Assembly (NCBI GenBank): GCA_964510025.1
Contig: CAZDZV010000007.1
Coordinates: 1 to 64,000, forward strand
Direction: 5' to 3'
Length of the DNA: 64,000 nt
DNA from: an uncultured Methanosarcinales archaeon
Lineage (GTDB): Archaea; Nanobdellota; Nanobdellia; Woesearchaeales; DATDXC01
Shown here: positions 19,734-28,423 of the stretch, in pieces
Layout of the letters: each line of letters begins with the position of its first letter
How positions within the stretch are numbered: position 1 is the stretch's first letter
Notes under the pieces: model-generated
Seen by the model: only the letters and a program-made list of their open reading frames with translations
Database searches by the model: none
Told to the model about the DNA's origin: nothing
Program-made: the position numbers and the translations under genes

Positions 19734-21463
19734 TTTTTGATTATTGCATCAAACGCGCATACCTCATGGCATTTTCCGCATTTTATGCATTTTTCCTGGT
19801 CTATGCTGTGCCGTTGCTTCAGCTCACCTGATATAGCCTCAACAGGGCAGTGCCTGGCGCAGTTACCGCATCCGGTGCAGTTTTCAGTTATATGGTAATG
19901 AAGGAGGCTGGTACAGGATCCTGCTGGACAGCTTTTTTCATTAAGATGCGCCTTATATTCATCCTCAAAGAACTGAAGAGTGGACAAAACAGGGTTGGGA
20001 GCGTTTTGTCCCAGGCCGCATAGTGAATTCTCCTTGACAAACTCAGCCAGCATCCTGATTTTTCCTATTATGGCTGAATCCCCCACCCCCCTTGTTACAT
20101 TTGTAAGCATCTCAAGAAGCCTTTTTGTCCCTTCCCTGCAGGGTGTGCATTTCCCGCAGCTCTCCTGTTGTGTAAATGCCATGAAATATTTGGCTACATC
20201 GACCATGCATGACTTGTCATTTATCACTATCAGACCGCCAGAACCCATGATAGCTCCGAGTTCCTGCAAAGGTTCATAATCAAGGGGCGTATCAAGCTTA
20301 TTCTCAGGGATGCATCCTCCTGCAGGGCCTCCTGACAATAATGCCTTCAGCTTGGTGCCTTTAGGTGTTCCTCCGCCTATATCGTAGACGATCTCATTGA
20401 GTTTAGTGCCTACAGGCACCTCTATTATACCTGCCCTGTTGATCTTTCCTGCCAGGCATATCACCTTGGTCCCTTTGGTCTTTTCAGAGCCGATTTTTGC
20501 ATAATTCTCAGCGCCGATCTTCATTATGGATGCTGCATGCGCCCATGTACCCACATTATTTACATTTGTGGGTTTTCCGTACAGGCCCTTTTCTGCAGGA
20601 TATGGGGGCCTGGGCCGGGGCATGCCCCTCCTGCCTTCTACAGAATTTATCAGGGCAGTCTCCTCACCACATACAAATGCACCTGCCCCTTTCTGGATAC
20701 GGATATTGAAGCCAAAGCCCTTTCCAAGGATATTATCTCCAAGAAGATTATTCTCCAGAGCTGTCTTCAGTGCCTTTTCCAGGGTTTCGATGGCCAGAGG
20801 GTATTCCGCCCGGGTGTAGATTATGCCTTCGTCAGATCCGGTTGCGTATGCGCCTATGGTCATCCCCTCGATAAGCTTGAAAGGATCTGACTCCATTATT
20901 GTGCGATTCATGAACGCTCCTGGATCACCTTCATCGCCGTTGCAGATAAGGTATTTCTTCCCTTTTTTGCCTGCAATAAATTTCCACTTCAGCCAGGTCG
21001 GAAAGCCTGCTCCTCCCCTGCCCCTTAGCCCTGATTTCCTGATCTCCTCTATAACCTGCTCTGGCTCCATCCTCATTGCTTTCTTGAGCCCGCTGTAGCC
21101 CCCCGCCTCAAGGTACTGGCCAAGCTCCAGAGGATTTATGGTTCCGCAGTTTTCCATAACCAGCCTTTTTTGCTTTTTGTAGAAATCAATCTCGTTTATG
21201 TCATGAGCGACCAGGTTCGGGTGCTCTTTCCACTCCTTGATGCATACTATGAGCTCTTCCACATTGTCTTCTGTTATGCTTCCGTAGATAGACCTGACAT
21301 CATTCCTTACAAGAGTGACTATCGGCTCATTATAGCACATGCCTATGCAGCCCACCTTCTCTACAGGGATGCCTAGATTGGCTTTCTTGAGCCTTTCAAA
21401 TACAGGAAGCCCTCCGGCTGATATCCCGCAGGTAGCAAGTCCCACTGTGATCTTGTTATTCAT
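19730..21463 (-). CDS. hydB: NuoF-like FMN/NADH-binding hydrogenase subunit, full-length
   Basis: GLRGRGGAGFP, DEGDPGAFM, GAGAFVCGEE, ESCGKCTPCREG; N-terminal thioredoxin-like and C-terminal 2x4Fe-4S domains. Confidence 0.92.
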   Translation of the reverse strand: MNNKITVGLATCGISAGGLPVFERLKKANLGIPVEKVGCIGMCYNEPIVTLVRNDVRSIYGSITEDNVEELIVCIKEWKEHPNLVAHDINEIDFYKKQKRLVMENCGTINPLELGQYLEAGGYSGLKKAMRMEPEQVIEEIRKSGLRGRGGAGFPTWLKWKFIAGKKGKKYLICNGDEGDPGAFMNRTIMESDPFKLIEGMTIGAYATGSDEGIIYTRAEYPLAIETLEKALKTALENNLLGDNILGKGFGFNIRIQKGAGAFVCGEETALINSVEGRRGMPRPRPPYPAEKGLYGKPTNVNNVGTWAHAASIMKIGAENYAKIGSEKTKGTKVICLAGKINRAGIIEVPVGTKLNEIVYDIGGGTPKGTKLKALLSGGPAGGCIPENKLDTPLDYEPLQELGAIMGSGGLIVINDKSCMVDVAKYFMAFTQQESCGKCTPCREGTKRLLEMLTNVTRGVGDSAIIGKIRMLAEFVKENSLCGLGQNAPNPVLSTLQFFEDEYKAHLNEKSCPAGSCTSLLHYHITENCTGCGNCARHCPVEAISGELKQRHSIDQEKCIKCGKCHEVCAFDAIIKK

Positions 21464-22053
21464 TTTAGTGCTTCTATTATTTTCTTGACCTTTGTCTTGT
21501 CCAGCTCCCCATAGACCTCATCGTTTATCATCATAGCTGGGGCTTTTGCGCAGGCGCCGATGCAGTTGACACATTCCAGGGTGAATTTACCGTCTTCGGT
21601 TGTCTCCCCTGTCTTTATGCCGATGATCTCCTCCAGATACTGTAGCAGCTTATCAGAGCCCTTGACATGGCATGCTGTGCCCCTGCACACTGAAATAATG
21701 TATTTACCTGATTTTTTGAGCTTGAACTGGGAATAGAATGTCGCTACACCATAGATATTCACGCCCGGTATATTCTTTTCCTTTGAGACCCTTATCATCT
21801 CCTCATTAGTTAGATATCCGTTCTTTTTTTGCAGTTCCTGCAGTATGGCCACAACATTAGGCCTTGCTTTCATTTTTTTGGCAGGCTGCCTCTTTGCATG
21901 AAACTCACGTTTCATCCTTTCCAGCTCATCTTTGCTGGGCTTCTCCTTTCCTATGTACCTGCTGAGTTTCTTGTACTTATCGCCTTCCCTCACAGTGTGG
22001 AATAGATAATAGTATTTGTTGCCTTTGATAGTGACCTGCTTAAGATAGGGCAT
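21460..22053 (-). CDS. hydC: NuoE-like 2Fe-2S hydrogenase subunit with a ~60-aa basic N-terminal extension
   Basis: GVATFYSQF, CRGTAC, CIGAC-APAM; extension KGNKYYYLFHTVREGDKYKKLSRYIG. Confidence 0.9.
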   Translation of the reverse strand: MPYLKQVTIKGNKYYYLFHTVREGDKYKKLSRYIGKEKPSKDELERMKREFHAKRQPAKKMKARPNVVAILQELQKKNGYLTNEEMIRVSKEKNIPGVNIYGVATFYSQFKLKKSGKYIISVCRGTACHVKGSDKLLQYLEEIIGIKTGETTEDGKFTLECVNCIGACAKAPAMMINDEVYGELDKTKVKKIIEALK

Positions 22054-22062
22054 AGCATAATT

Positions 22063-22172
22063 TAACTACCACTAGTATAAAAACCTTCCTATTTTTTTAT
22101 TAATTACCACAACAGTCCCATTGGCATTTAACTACCACATCTGGGTATGGCTGTCTAGTCTCTAATTACCAC
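22063..22172. promoter_or_regulatory. Four direct repeats TAAYTACCAC (22063, 22101, 22129, 22163) around the hydC1 promoter; putative operator
   Basis: 10-mers read directly; minus-strand TATA at 22076-22083; box 1 lies between the TATA and the start codon. Confidence 0.7.
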
Positions 22173-22215
22173 AAAAAAGCAAAAATAGATAAAGAAGCCA
22201 TGCAATAAGCAGCCT

Positions 22216-22572
22216 ATGGCAAAGGTTGCTGACATTTTAAGGCATACTGCAAGAACACTCTTGCTGGTATTTGGGATTTTGATATTTATTTTTGCCCTTG
22301 TCTCAGGAGCTGCGACTTTTGGACCTGGCATCAAAGGAGTTGTCTTGAACAGCCCTAACGCGCTGCCTTGGCTGATCCTGCTTATCTTGGTCTATGTAGC
22401 ATGGAATAATGAGCTTGTCGGCGGCATTTTAATAGCGCTGCTGGGTATACTCACTGTCTTCTTTTTTAACACACTGAAACATGCGGCTGTTTTTTTCATC
22501 ATCTCTCTGCCGTTGGTTGTCCTGGGGGGCTTCTTTGTACTAAGCTGGTATCTTAGAAATCATCGGAACTGA
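22216..22572 (+). CDS. Small membrane protein, about 4 TM helices
   Basis: Four hydrophobic stretches; occupies the gap between the two hydrogenase clusters. Confidence 0.75.
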   Translation: MAKVADILRHTARTLLLVFGILIFIFALVSGAATFGPGIKGVVLNSPNALPWLILLILVYVAWNNELVGGILIALLGILTVFFFNTLKHAAVFFIISLPLVVLGGFFVLSWYLRNHRN

Positions 22573-24251
22573 GTTCTTTTTACATATCTTGTATGCAGAA
22601 GGCTGTGCGCCTTTTCAGAGCCAGGCTTTCCCAGAAAATCATCATAAAGCTGGACTATCTCAGGGTTCTTGTGTGATTTCCTTAGCTGCAGCTGGCTGTC
22701 CTGGTTGTACAGTGCAGAAGCCCTTTTCTCTATTACTGCAGAATTTGTTGGGACAGGCTGTCCCCCTCCGCCGACACAGCCGCCTGGGCAGGCCATTATT
22801 TCTATGAAATGGTATCTTGAAGTATCTTTCTCTACAAGCTCCAGAAGCTTTCTCGCATTGCCCAGCCCATGGGCTACTGCAATGTTGAGGTCCATGCCGG
22901 CTATGTGGACTGTTGCTTCCTTTATCCCCTTTAAGCCCCTGACACCATGGTATTCAACTTCTCCCAGCTCCTTTCCTTCAAGCTTGTCAGCAGCTGTCCT
23001 CAGCGCTGCTTCCATGACGCCTCCTGTTGCCCCGAATATGGCTGCTGCTCCTGAAGAGCTGCCCATGACAGGATCAAAGAACTCATCAGGCAGCTGCTCG
23101 AATTCTATTCCTTTCTCCCTTATCATCCTGCCCAGTTCCCTGGTGGTAAGTACAAAGTCCACGTCCTGGAATCCAGAGCTTTTCATCTCTGGCCTTGACA
23201 TCTCAAACTTCTTTGCTGTGCAGGGCATGATGCTTACAGACACTATCCTGGCAGGATCGATCCTATTTTTGTCAGCATAATATGTTTTCAGCAAAGCTCC
23301 GAACATCTGCTGGGGGCTCTTGCAGCTGCTCACATGAGGCAGCAGTTTGGGAAAGAAATGTTCTATGAACTTTATCCATCCAGGACTGCATGAGGTGATC
23401 ATTGGCAGGACTCCCTTGTCCTTGATCCTCTCTATTAGCTCGTTGCTCTCCTCTACAATCGTCAGGTCAGCGGAGAAATCTGTATCAAGCACCCTGTCGA
23501 AGCCGATTTTTCTCAGAGCAGCTACCATCTTTCCAGTGACCAGGCTGCCTGGAGACATGCCCTGGGTCTCTCCCAATGTTCCCCTTATAGAAGGCGCTGT
23601 CTGCACGATGACAGTCTTATTCTCGTCATTGATGGCCTCCCAGACCTGCTGGGTGTAATCCTTCTCAACAATAGCTCCAGAAGGGCATACATTTGTGCAT
23701 TGCCCGCACTGTACGCATGCCACCTCTCCCAGGCCGTATCCGTAATAAGGCATCACTTCTGTGTAATGGCCCCTATTTTCAAAACCGATAGCGTATACTG
23801 ACTGGATATCCTGGCATTTCTGCACACACCTTCCGCATAAGATGCATTTGTTGTTATCTCTGTATATTGCCCGGCTTGTGTCGTCTGTCTTTTTGTCATA
23901 CAGCCTTTCGAACCTGCTCTTTTCCACACCGAGCTTTTTTGCCAGCTTCGCAAGCTCATTGTCCTCCCCTTTTGGATTATGGTTTGCCAGCAGCAGCTCG
24001 ATATTTAGTTTTCTTGCTTTGGTGAGCTCTTCATTATCAGTTGTAACGCTCATACCGTCAGAGATCTTTGTGTTGCAGCTTGTCACTATCCTGCCGTTGG
24101 CCTCTACTACGCAGATCCTGCATCTTGCCTGCTTTTCAAGATCAGGATGATAGCAGAGATGCGGCACTTCTATGCTGTTCTCGATACAGACTTCAAGTAT
24201 TGTCTGTCCTGGCTCTGCTTCATATTCTTTGTTGTTTATGACTATCTTCAT
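22560..24251 (-). CDS. hydA: [FeFe]-hydrogenase catalytic subunit 2 (group A3-type)
   Basis: TSCSPGW, MPCTAKKFE, EIMACPGGCVGGGGQP; lacks the three Cys of the His-ligated cluster. Confidence 0.93.
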   Translation of the reverse strand: MKIVINNKEYEAEPGQTILEVCIENSIEVPHLCYHPDLEKQARCRICVVEANGRIVTSCNTKISDGMSVTTDNEELTKARKLNIELLLANHNPKGEDNELAKLAKKLGVEKSRFERLYDKKTDDTSRAIYRDNNKCILCGRCVQKCQDIQSVYAIGFENRGHYTEVMPYYGYGLGEVACVQCGQCTNVCPSGAIVEKDYTQQVWEAINDENKTVIVQTAPSIRGTLGETQGMSPGSLVTGKMVAALRKIGFDRVLDTDFSADLTIVEESNELIERIKDKGVLPMITSCSPGWIKFIEHFFPKLLPHVSSCKSPQQMFGALLKTYYADKNRIDPARIVSVSIMPCTAKKFEMSRPEMKSSGFQDVDFVLTTRELGRMIREKGIEFEQLPDEFFDPVMGSSSGAAAIFGATGGVMEAALRTAADKLEGKELGEVEYHGVRGLKGIKEATVHIAGMDLNIAVAHGLGNARKLLELVEKDTSRYHFIEIMACPGGCVGGGGQPVPTNSAVIEKRASALYNQDSQLQLRKSHKNPEIVQLYDDFLGKPGSEKAHSLLHTRYVKRTQFR

Positions 24252-25348
24252 ATGAATTCATCCCGAAAATATTCCAGGGCTGTCTTGATGTGGTTATTTG
24301 AAGCCTGGCCCAGCCCGCATAATGATGTCTTGTTTATGAAGTTGGCAAGGTCCTCTAAGGCCGAGATATCTTCCTGGCCTGTCTTTTTTTCAACGATCCT
24401 GTTCAGTATCTGCAGTGCCCTGAAATTGCCCTCCCTGCACGGGGTGCATTTGCCGCAGCTTTCATGCACAAAGAACTCTGCAATATTCCTGCATATCTTG
24501 GGCATTGGAACGGATTTTCCTACTGCTATTACAGTGCAGCTTCCGAGCATCGCCCCGTATTCCTTGATGCTGTCCACATCTAATATAAGGTCTGGCGAAT
24601 AAGGCACACAGCCGCCGGCACACCCGAAAAAAAGCGCCTTTATCTCCTCCCTGGGCTCAGCCTGCTCCACAAGCTCTTTTGCCAGGATGCCTAGAGGCAT
24701 TTCGTATACCCCTGGCTTGTTTACAGAGCCAGACACTGAAAAGAGCCTTTTGTTCTGCCACTGCCCGGCCAAAATCAGGGGAACATTTGTAAGGGTCTCG
24801 ACATTATTTATTGACGTAGGGCAGCTGCATAGTCCGCTTTCCACAGGATAAGGCGGCTTGGGGCTTGGCTCCCCTCTTTGCTCCTCTATCGAATTCATAA
24901 TTGCGGTCTCATCCCCGCAGATGTATGCTCCTGCCCCCATTACGATTTCTATCCTCAGTCCTATCCTGTCAAGCTCCTTGGCATATTTTTTTATGGATTT
25001 TTCCAGGCTTTTCCTGAGATACCCGTATTCAGCCCTTAGATATATATAAGCAAGCTTAGCAGCTGTTGCATAGCCTGCGATTGCAATGCCTTCGATAAGT
25101 GTTTCAGGGTTGTGCTCCAGAATGAACTTGTCCTTGAATGTTCCCGGCTCACCTTCATCAGCGTTGCAGATGAGTATTTTCCGGGACTCTGCGCAGCTTC
25201 TTGTACATTCCCATTTCAGCCCTGTCAGGAAGTTGGCTCCCCCTCTTCCCCTTAGCCCTGCTTTCTTGACAATCTCTATTACCTGTTCAGGCTGGAGGCT
25301 TAACGCCTTTTTGAAAGCTTGCAGGTTTATCTTCTGTGTTATTTGCAT
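24248..25348 (-). CDS. hydB: Minimal NuoF-like FMN/NADH-binding hydrogenase subunit
   Basis: GLRGRGGA, ADEGEPGTFKD, GAGAYICGDE, ESCGKCTPCREG; no extra FeS domains. Confidence 0.88.
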   Translation of the reverse strand: MQITQKINLQAFKKALSLQPEQVIEIVKKAGLRGRGGANFLTGLKWECTRSCAESRKILICNADEGEPGTFKDKFILEHNPETLIEGIAIAGYATAAKLAYIYLRAEYGYLRKSLEKSIKKYAKELDRIGLRIEIVMGAGAYICGDETAIMNSIEEQRGEPSPKPPYPVESGLCSCPTSINNVETLTNVPLILAGQWQNKRLFSVSGSVNKPGVYEMPLGILAKELVEQAEPREEIKALFFGCAGGCVPYSPDLILDVDSIKEYGAMLGSCTVIAVGKSVPMPKICRNIAEFFVHESCGKCTPCREGNFRALQILNRIVEKKTGQEDISALEDLANFINKTSLCGLGQASNNHIKTALEYFRDEFI

Positions 25349-25779
25349 TTCTTTATTATCTCCCTGATCCTGATTTCATCAAGTTTAGTATAAGCCTTGC
25401 CATCTATCAGGCAGGCAGGCGCCTCGTCGCAGCATCCTATGCATGAGGTCTGTTTAAGCGTGAACTTGCCGTCCTTGGTTGTCTCGTTTATCCCTATGCC
25501 AAGCAGCTCCTGGAATATGTTCTGGATATTTTCAGAGCCGTTTATCAGGCACGCGGGCGAATTGCATAGCCTTATGATATGCTTTCCTTTTTTCTTTACA
25601 TCAAAGAATGAATAGAATGTAGCTACCTCATATATCTTTGTCAGGGGTATTCCTGACTTCAGTGACAGCTTCTTTAGATTCTCCTCTGACAAAAACCCCT
25701 CTTTTTTTTGTATCTGCCTTAGTTTTGATAACAGCAGCTCACTTGACTTGGTGTCAAGTATCTTGCGTCCTCTCTGCAT
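25339..25779 (-). CDS. hydC: NuoE-like 2Fe-2S hydrogenase subunit
   Basis: EVATFYSFF, CNSPAC, CIGCCDEAP. Confidence 0.88.
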   Translation of the reverse strand: MQRGRKILDTKSSELLLSKLRQIQKKEGFLSEENLKKLSLKSGIPLTKIYEVATFYSFFDVKKKGKHIIRLCNSPACLINGSENIQNIFQELLGIGINETTKDGKFTLKQTSCIGCCDEAPACLIDGKAYTKLDEIRIREIIKKCK

Positions 25780-25855
25780 TTATTTTTAATCTCCACCAAT
25801 TCCTATTTAATATTTTCTATTTTATAGGAATATTTAAATATCCGCTGCAAGATAA

Positions 25856-26179
25856 ATGAATGTGATGGAGATGATTACCAATATAGGCAAGCTCTTCCTT
25901 TTTCTGATACTTCTGATGAATCTTGTGTTTTTTTCTGTGCAGGAATTCCGTAAGAGGAGAAAGATGATACTGCTGGTCGTATTCCTTTTCCTGCTGTCTG
26001 TTGGGGCCCTGTTTAGCTTCCTGGCAGACCTTTCTGAGCTGAGGATGATAGAGCTTCTTTGGCATGTTATGGGCATTGGCTTTGTTGGGATAACTGCCAT
26101 GCTGATATCTGTCAGCGCAAACAAGAGGATGCAAAAGGTGATGAGGCATGGGATCAAGCTGGTTCATCGTAGGCATTGA
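25856..26179 (+). CDS. Small membrane protein, about 3 TM
   Basis: Hydrophobic segments; TATA upstream at 25831-25840. Confidence 0.6.
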   Translation: MNVMEMITNIGKLFLFLILLMNLVFFSVQEFRKRRKMILLVVFLFLLSVGALFSFLADLSELRMIELLWHVMGIGFVGITAMLISVSANKRMQKVMRHGIKLVHRRH

Positions 26180-26420
26180 TATCATAGGGATCATAGGATT
26201 CCTGGCTGGTTTCTATTTTTCCAGGAAAAACGATTACCTGACAAAATTCGCTTCAGCTGTGTGGTGGGTTTTTTCAATACTCTGCATCATCGGCATAATA
26301 TGGGTGATCTTCCTTATGCTTGACCTGGAGAGCATATCACTCGTATTTTACAGCTTCTTTGTGGGCTTCCTGACATGCTTTCTTTTTGTCTCCTATAAAG
26401 AGAAGATCAAGCTTTTCTAG
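26148..26420 (+). CDS. Small membrane protein, about 3 TM
   Basis: Hydrophobic segments; GGTGA/GAGG RBS; 32-nt overlap with the preceding ORF. Confidence 0.6.
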   Translation: MGSSWFIVGIDIIGIIGFLAGFYFSRKNDYLTKFASAVWWVFSILCIIGIIWVIFLMLDLESISLVFYSFFVGFLTCFLFVSYKEKIKLF

Positions 26421-26428
26421 GTGATTAA

Positions 26429-26971
26429 GTGGCAGATGTTTATGAAAAGCTGAAAAAGATAAAGTTTGATTCGTTGGTGGTATGCACTACAGAGGAGATC
26501 CTGTACTTCCGCAGGTGCATCGAGCTGATTGAGGTCTTGGTGAGGGAGCGTGGTATGGCAGGCATCCTGATAACGATGAACATCCCGATAGAGCATTTCA
26601 GCCGTGAGTTGTCTGGCCTTGATACCGGAGATATTTGGTTTGTGGACTGCATATCTGCAATATCTGGCACCATTCAGCCTGAGATATCTAACTGCATAAC
26701 AGTGAGCCACCCCATAAATGAGGGAGGCATAATGGTCGCTGTTGCCACAGCTTCCAGAAGATTAAGGGGCAGGCACAAGTTTGTGATGCTGGTATCACCC
26801 CATGTCCTGAATGAGTATTGGGACATAAACAAGATGGGGCTTTTCCTCTACCAATATAAGACATTTCTGGCTGAGAATAGCCTCCTGAATATCATAATGC
26901 TGAAGAAGGAGAAAAACAAGCTTTTTGAAGCCATGGTAGAGAGGCTGGCTGACTATCTGCTGGTCAGCTGA
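26429..26971 (+). CDS. Degenerate KaiC/RecA-like domain protein without Walker A
   Basis: GILITMNIP ... IWFVDCIS ... VERLADYLL pattern typical of inactivated archaeal KaiC-like domains. Confidence 0.55.
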   Translation: MADVYEKLKKIKFDSLVVCTTEEILYFRRCIELIEVLVRERGMAGILITMNIPIEHFSRELSGLDTGDIWFVDCISAISGTIQPEISNCITVSHPINEGGIMVAVATASRRLRGRHKFVMLVSPHVLNEYWDINKMGLFLYQYKTFLAENSLLNIIMLKKEKNKLFEAMVERLADYLLVS

Positions 26972-27009
26972 CAGAAAATTATATAAAGAACTTGCCCCAC
27001 ATTCATCTT

Positions 27010-27261
27010 ATGGTGCACAAAATAATCGGTCTGCAGCTTAAGGAAAGGCAAAAGCTTGCAGCAAAGGTGCAATCCCTCTTAAGCGAATACGGGTGCATTA
27101 TTAAGACAAGGGTCGGGCTTCACGATGTCCATAAGGAAAAGTGCTCAGAAACTGGGATAATCTTGCTGGAGATGCACGGGCCAGACCGGGATATCCATGA
27201 ATTTGAGAAAGATATCAGGGACATTGACGGAGTAACAGTGAAAGAGATGGTTTTTGATTAA
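27010..27261 (+). CDS. Small ACT/NikR-C-like protein related to iron-only hydrogenase system regulators
   Basis: KVQSLLSEYGCIIKTRVGLH ... CS-GIILLE ... GVTVKEMVF. Confidence 0.7.
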   Translation: MVHKIIGLQLKERQKLAAKVQSLLSEYGCIIKTRVGLHDVHKEKCSETGIILLEMHGPDRDIHEFEKDIRDIDGVTVKEMVFD

Positions 27262-27299
27262 GGATAAATTATATAAATGCTGAAAAAGGGTGATTGAAT

Positions 27300-27833
27300 A
27301 TGGAATATCTAAACAAGCAGGATTATAGGCTCAGCTACAATGCGGAGATTTTCGAGATAGCGCTGTACACAGTGGCTGCTTTCTTTCTGCCGCTCATGGT
27401 TGGCCACCCTCAGATAGTTGTGGGTGTGCTGGTCAACTCATTGCTGATTGTCTCAGCTTTGAATGTCAGGGGAATCAGGCTTCTGTCTGTCATCATAGCG
27501 CCTACATTAGGCGCCCTGTCCCGGGGCATTCTGTTCGGGCCTTTTACGATTTTTTTGGTGTACATGATCCCTTTTATCTGGGTGGGAAACGCGATCCTGG
27601 TGTATGCCTTTAAGAGACTGCATCTGGGCGCCAAGCTCAACAGGTGGATAACGCTGTTTATAGGGTCTGCTGTGAAGGCAGCATTTCTTTTTGCAGTAGC
27701 CTTTGCATTTGTGCAGCTTGGCATTTTGCCGAAGCTGTTCCTGGCAACAATGGGCATCTTCCAGTTCTACACCGCAATCCTTGGGGGAGTGTTGGCTCTT
27801 GGATTCCAGGCTGTAAAGAAAAAAGCTGCATAG
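27300..27833 (+). CDS. ECF S-component-like membrane protein
   Basis: HPQIVVGVLVN, PFIWVGNAIL, QFYTAILGG; about 5-6 TM; GGTGA RBS. Confidence 0.6.
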   Translation: MEYLNKQDYRLSYNAEIFEIALYTVAAFFLPLMVGHPQIVVGVLVNSLLIVSALNVRGIRLLSVIIAPTLGALSRGILFGPFTIFLVYMIPFIWVGNAILVYAFKRLHLGAKLNRWITLFIGSAVKAAFLFAVAFAFVQLGILPKLFLATMGIFQFYTAILGGVLALGFQAVKKKAA

Positions 27834-27900
27834 TTGTCACCTGCTTTAAGCAAAAAATTTATATACTTCAGCATATATATTAGCCTAAGCGGGGTGGAAA

Positions 27901-28347
27901 TTGGTAAAAACTTCTTTGATAAGGAAGATAGGCAAAGATAGCATAGAGAAGATAATGTTCTTCAATAAATACCTAGATAATAGCGATATCAGTTTTCTGA
28001 AGCATGAATTTGACTTCAACAGCAATGATATCAAGAATATTCTTGAAGGATACAGGAATACGGGCCTGGTCATCAACCTGAGCCAGCAGAAAGACGGCCT
28101 TAGCTTCGACTGGTCCCCTTTCATCAGCAGGGTCATAATCAAGAATGACATCATAAACAAGCTTGATAATGTTTTTGTAAACAAGGACAGCAACAAGGTG
28201 CTTCTTGTGACCACAAAAAGGCTGCTGAAAGTGGATATGCAGAAGCTGAATGAAAAGATAGAGCAGATAAACAAGGCCATCTACAGCTACAACTCCAAGG
28301 TTGAAAAGGAAAAAAGACAGATAGAGCACGAGTTAGACAGCATTTAG
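27901..28347 (+). CDS. Hypothetical protein
   Basis: TATA and GGGGTGG RBS before a TTG start; host-like composition. Confidence 0.65.
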   Translation: MVKTSLIRKIGKDSIEKIMFFNKYLDNSDISFLKHEFDFNSNDIKNILEGYRNTGLVINLSQQKDGLSFDWSPFISRVIIKNDIINKLDNVFVNKDSNKVLLVTTKRLLKVDMQKLNEKIEQINKAIYSYNSKVEKEKRQIEHELDSI

Positions 28348-28423
28348 ACCGGCTTATTCTATAACCAAAAGACTTATAAAGCAACTTTGTATCCCTTCTT
28401 GAAGAAATCAAGGGTGGATAATC

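Noticed and set aside
21870..22053. HydC1 extension as an IS remnant
   Set aside because: In-frame with intact HydC; no DDE domain, inverted repeats or target duplication nearby
22063..22172. Four spaced repeats as a mini-CRISPR array
   Set aside because: Repeats are only 10 nt with irregular periods (38, 28, 34), overlap a promoter, and no cas genes are present
23375..23400. TSCSPGW instead of TSCCPxW in HydA2 as an inactivating change
   Set aside because: This variant is common in active group A3 enzymes
25799..25831. ATTCCTAT-N17-ATAGGAAT inverted repeat at the hydC2 promoter
   Set aside because: AT-rich and partly explained by BRE-like sequence; not enough to call an operator
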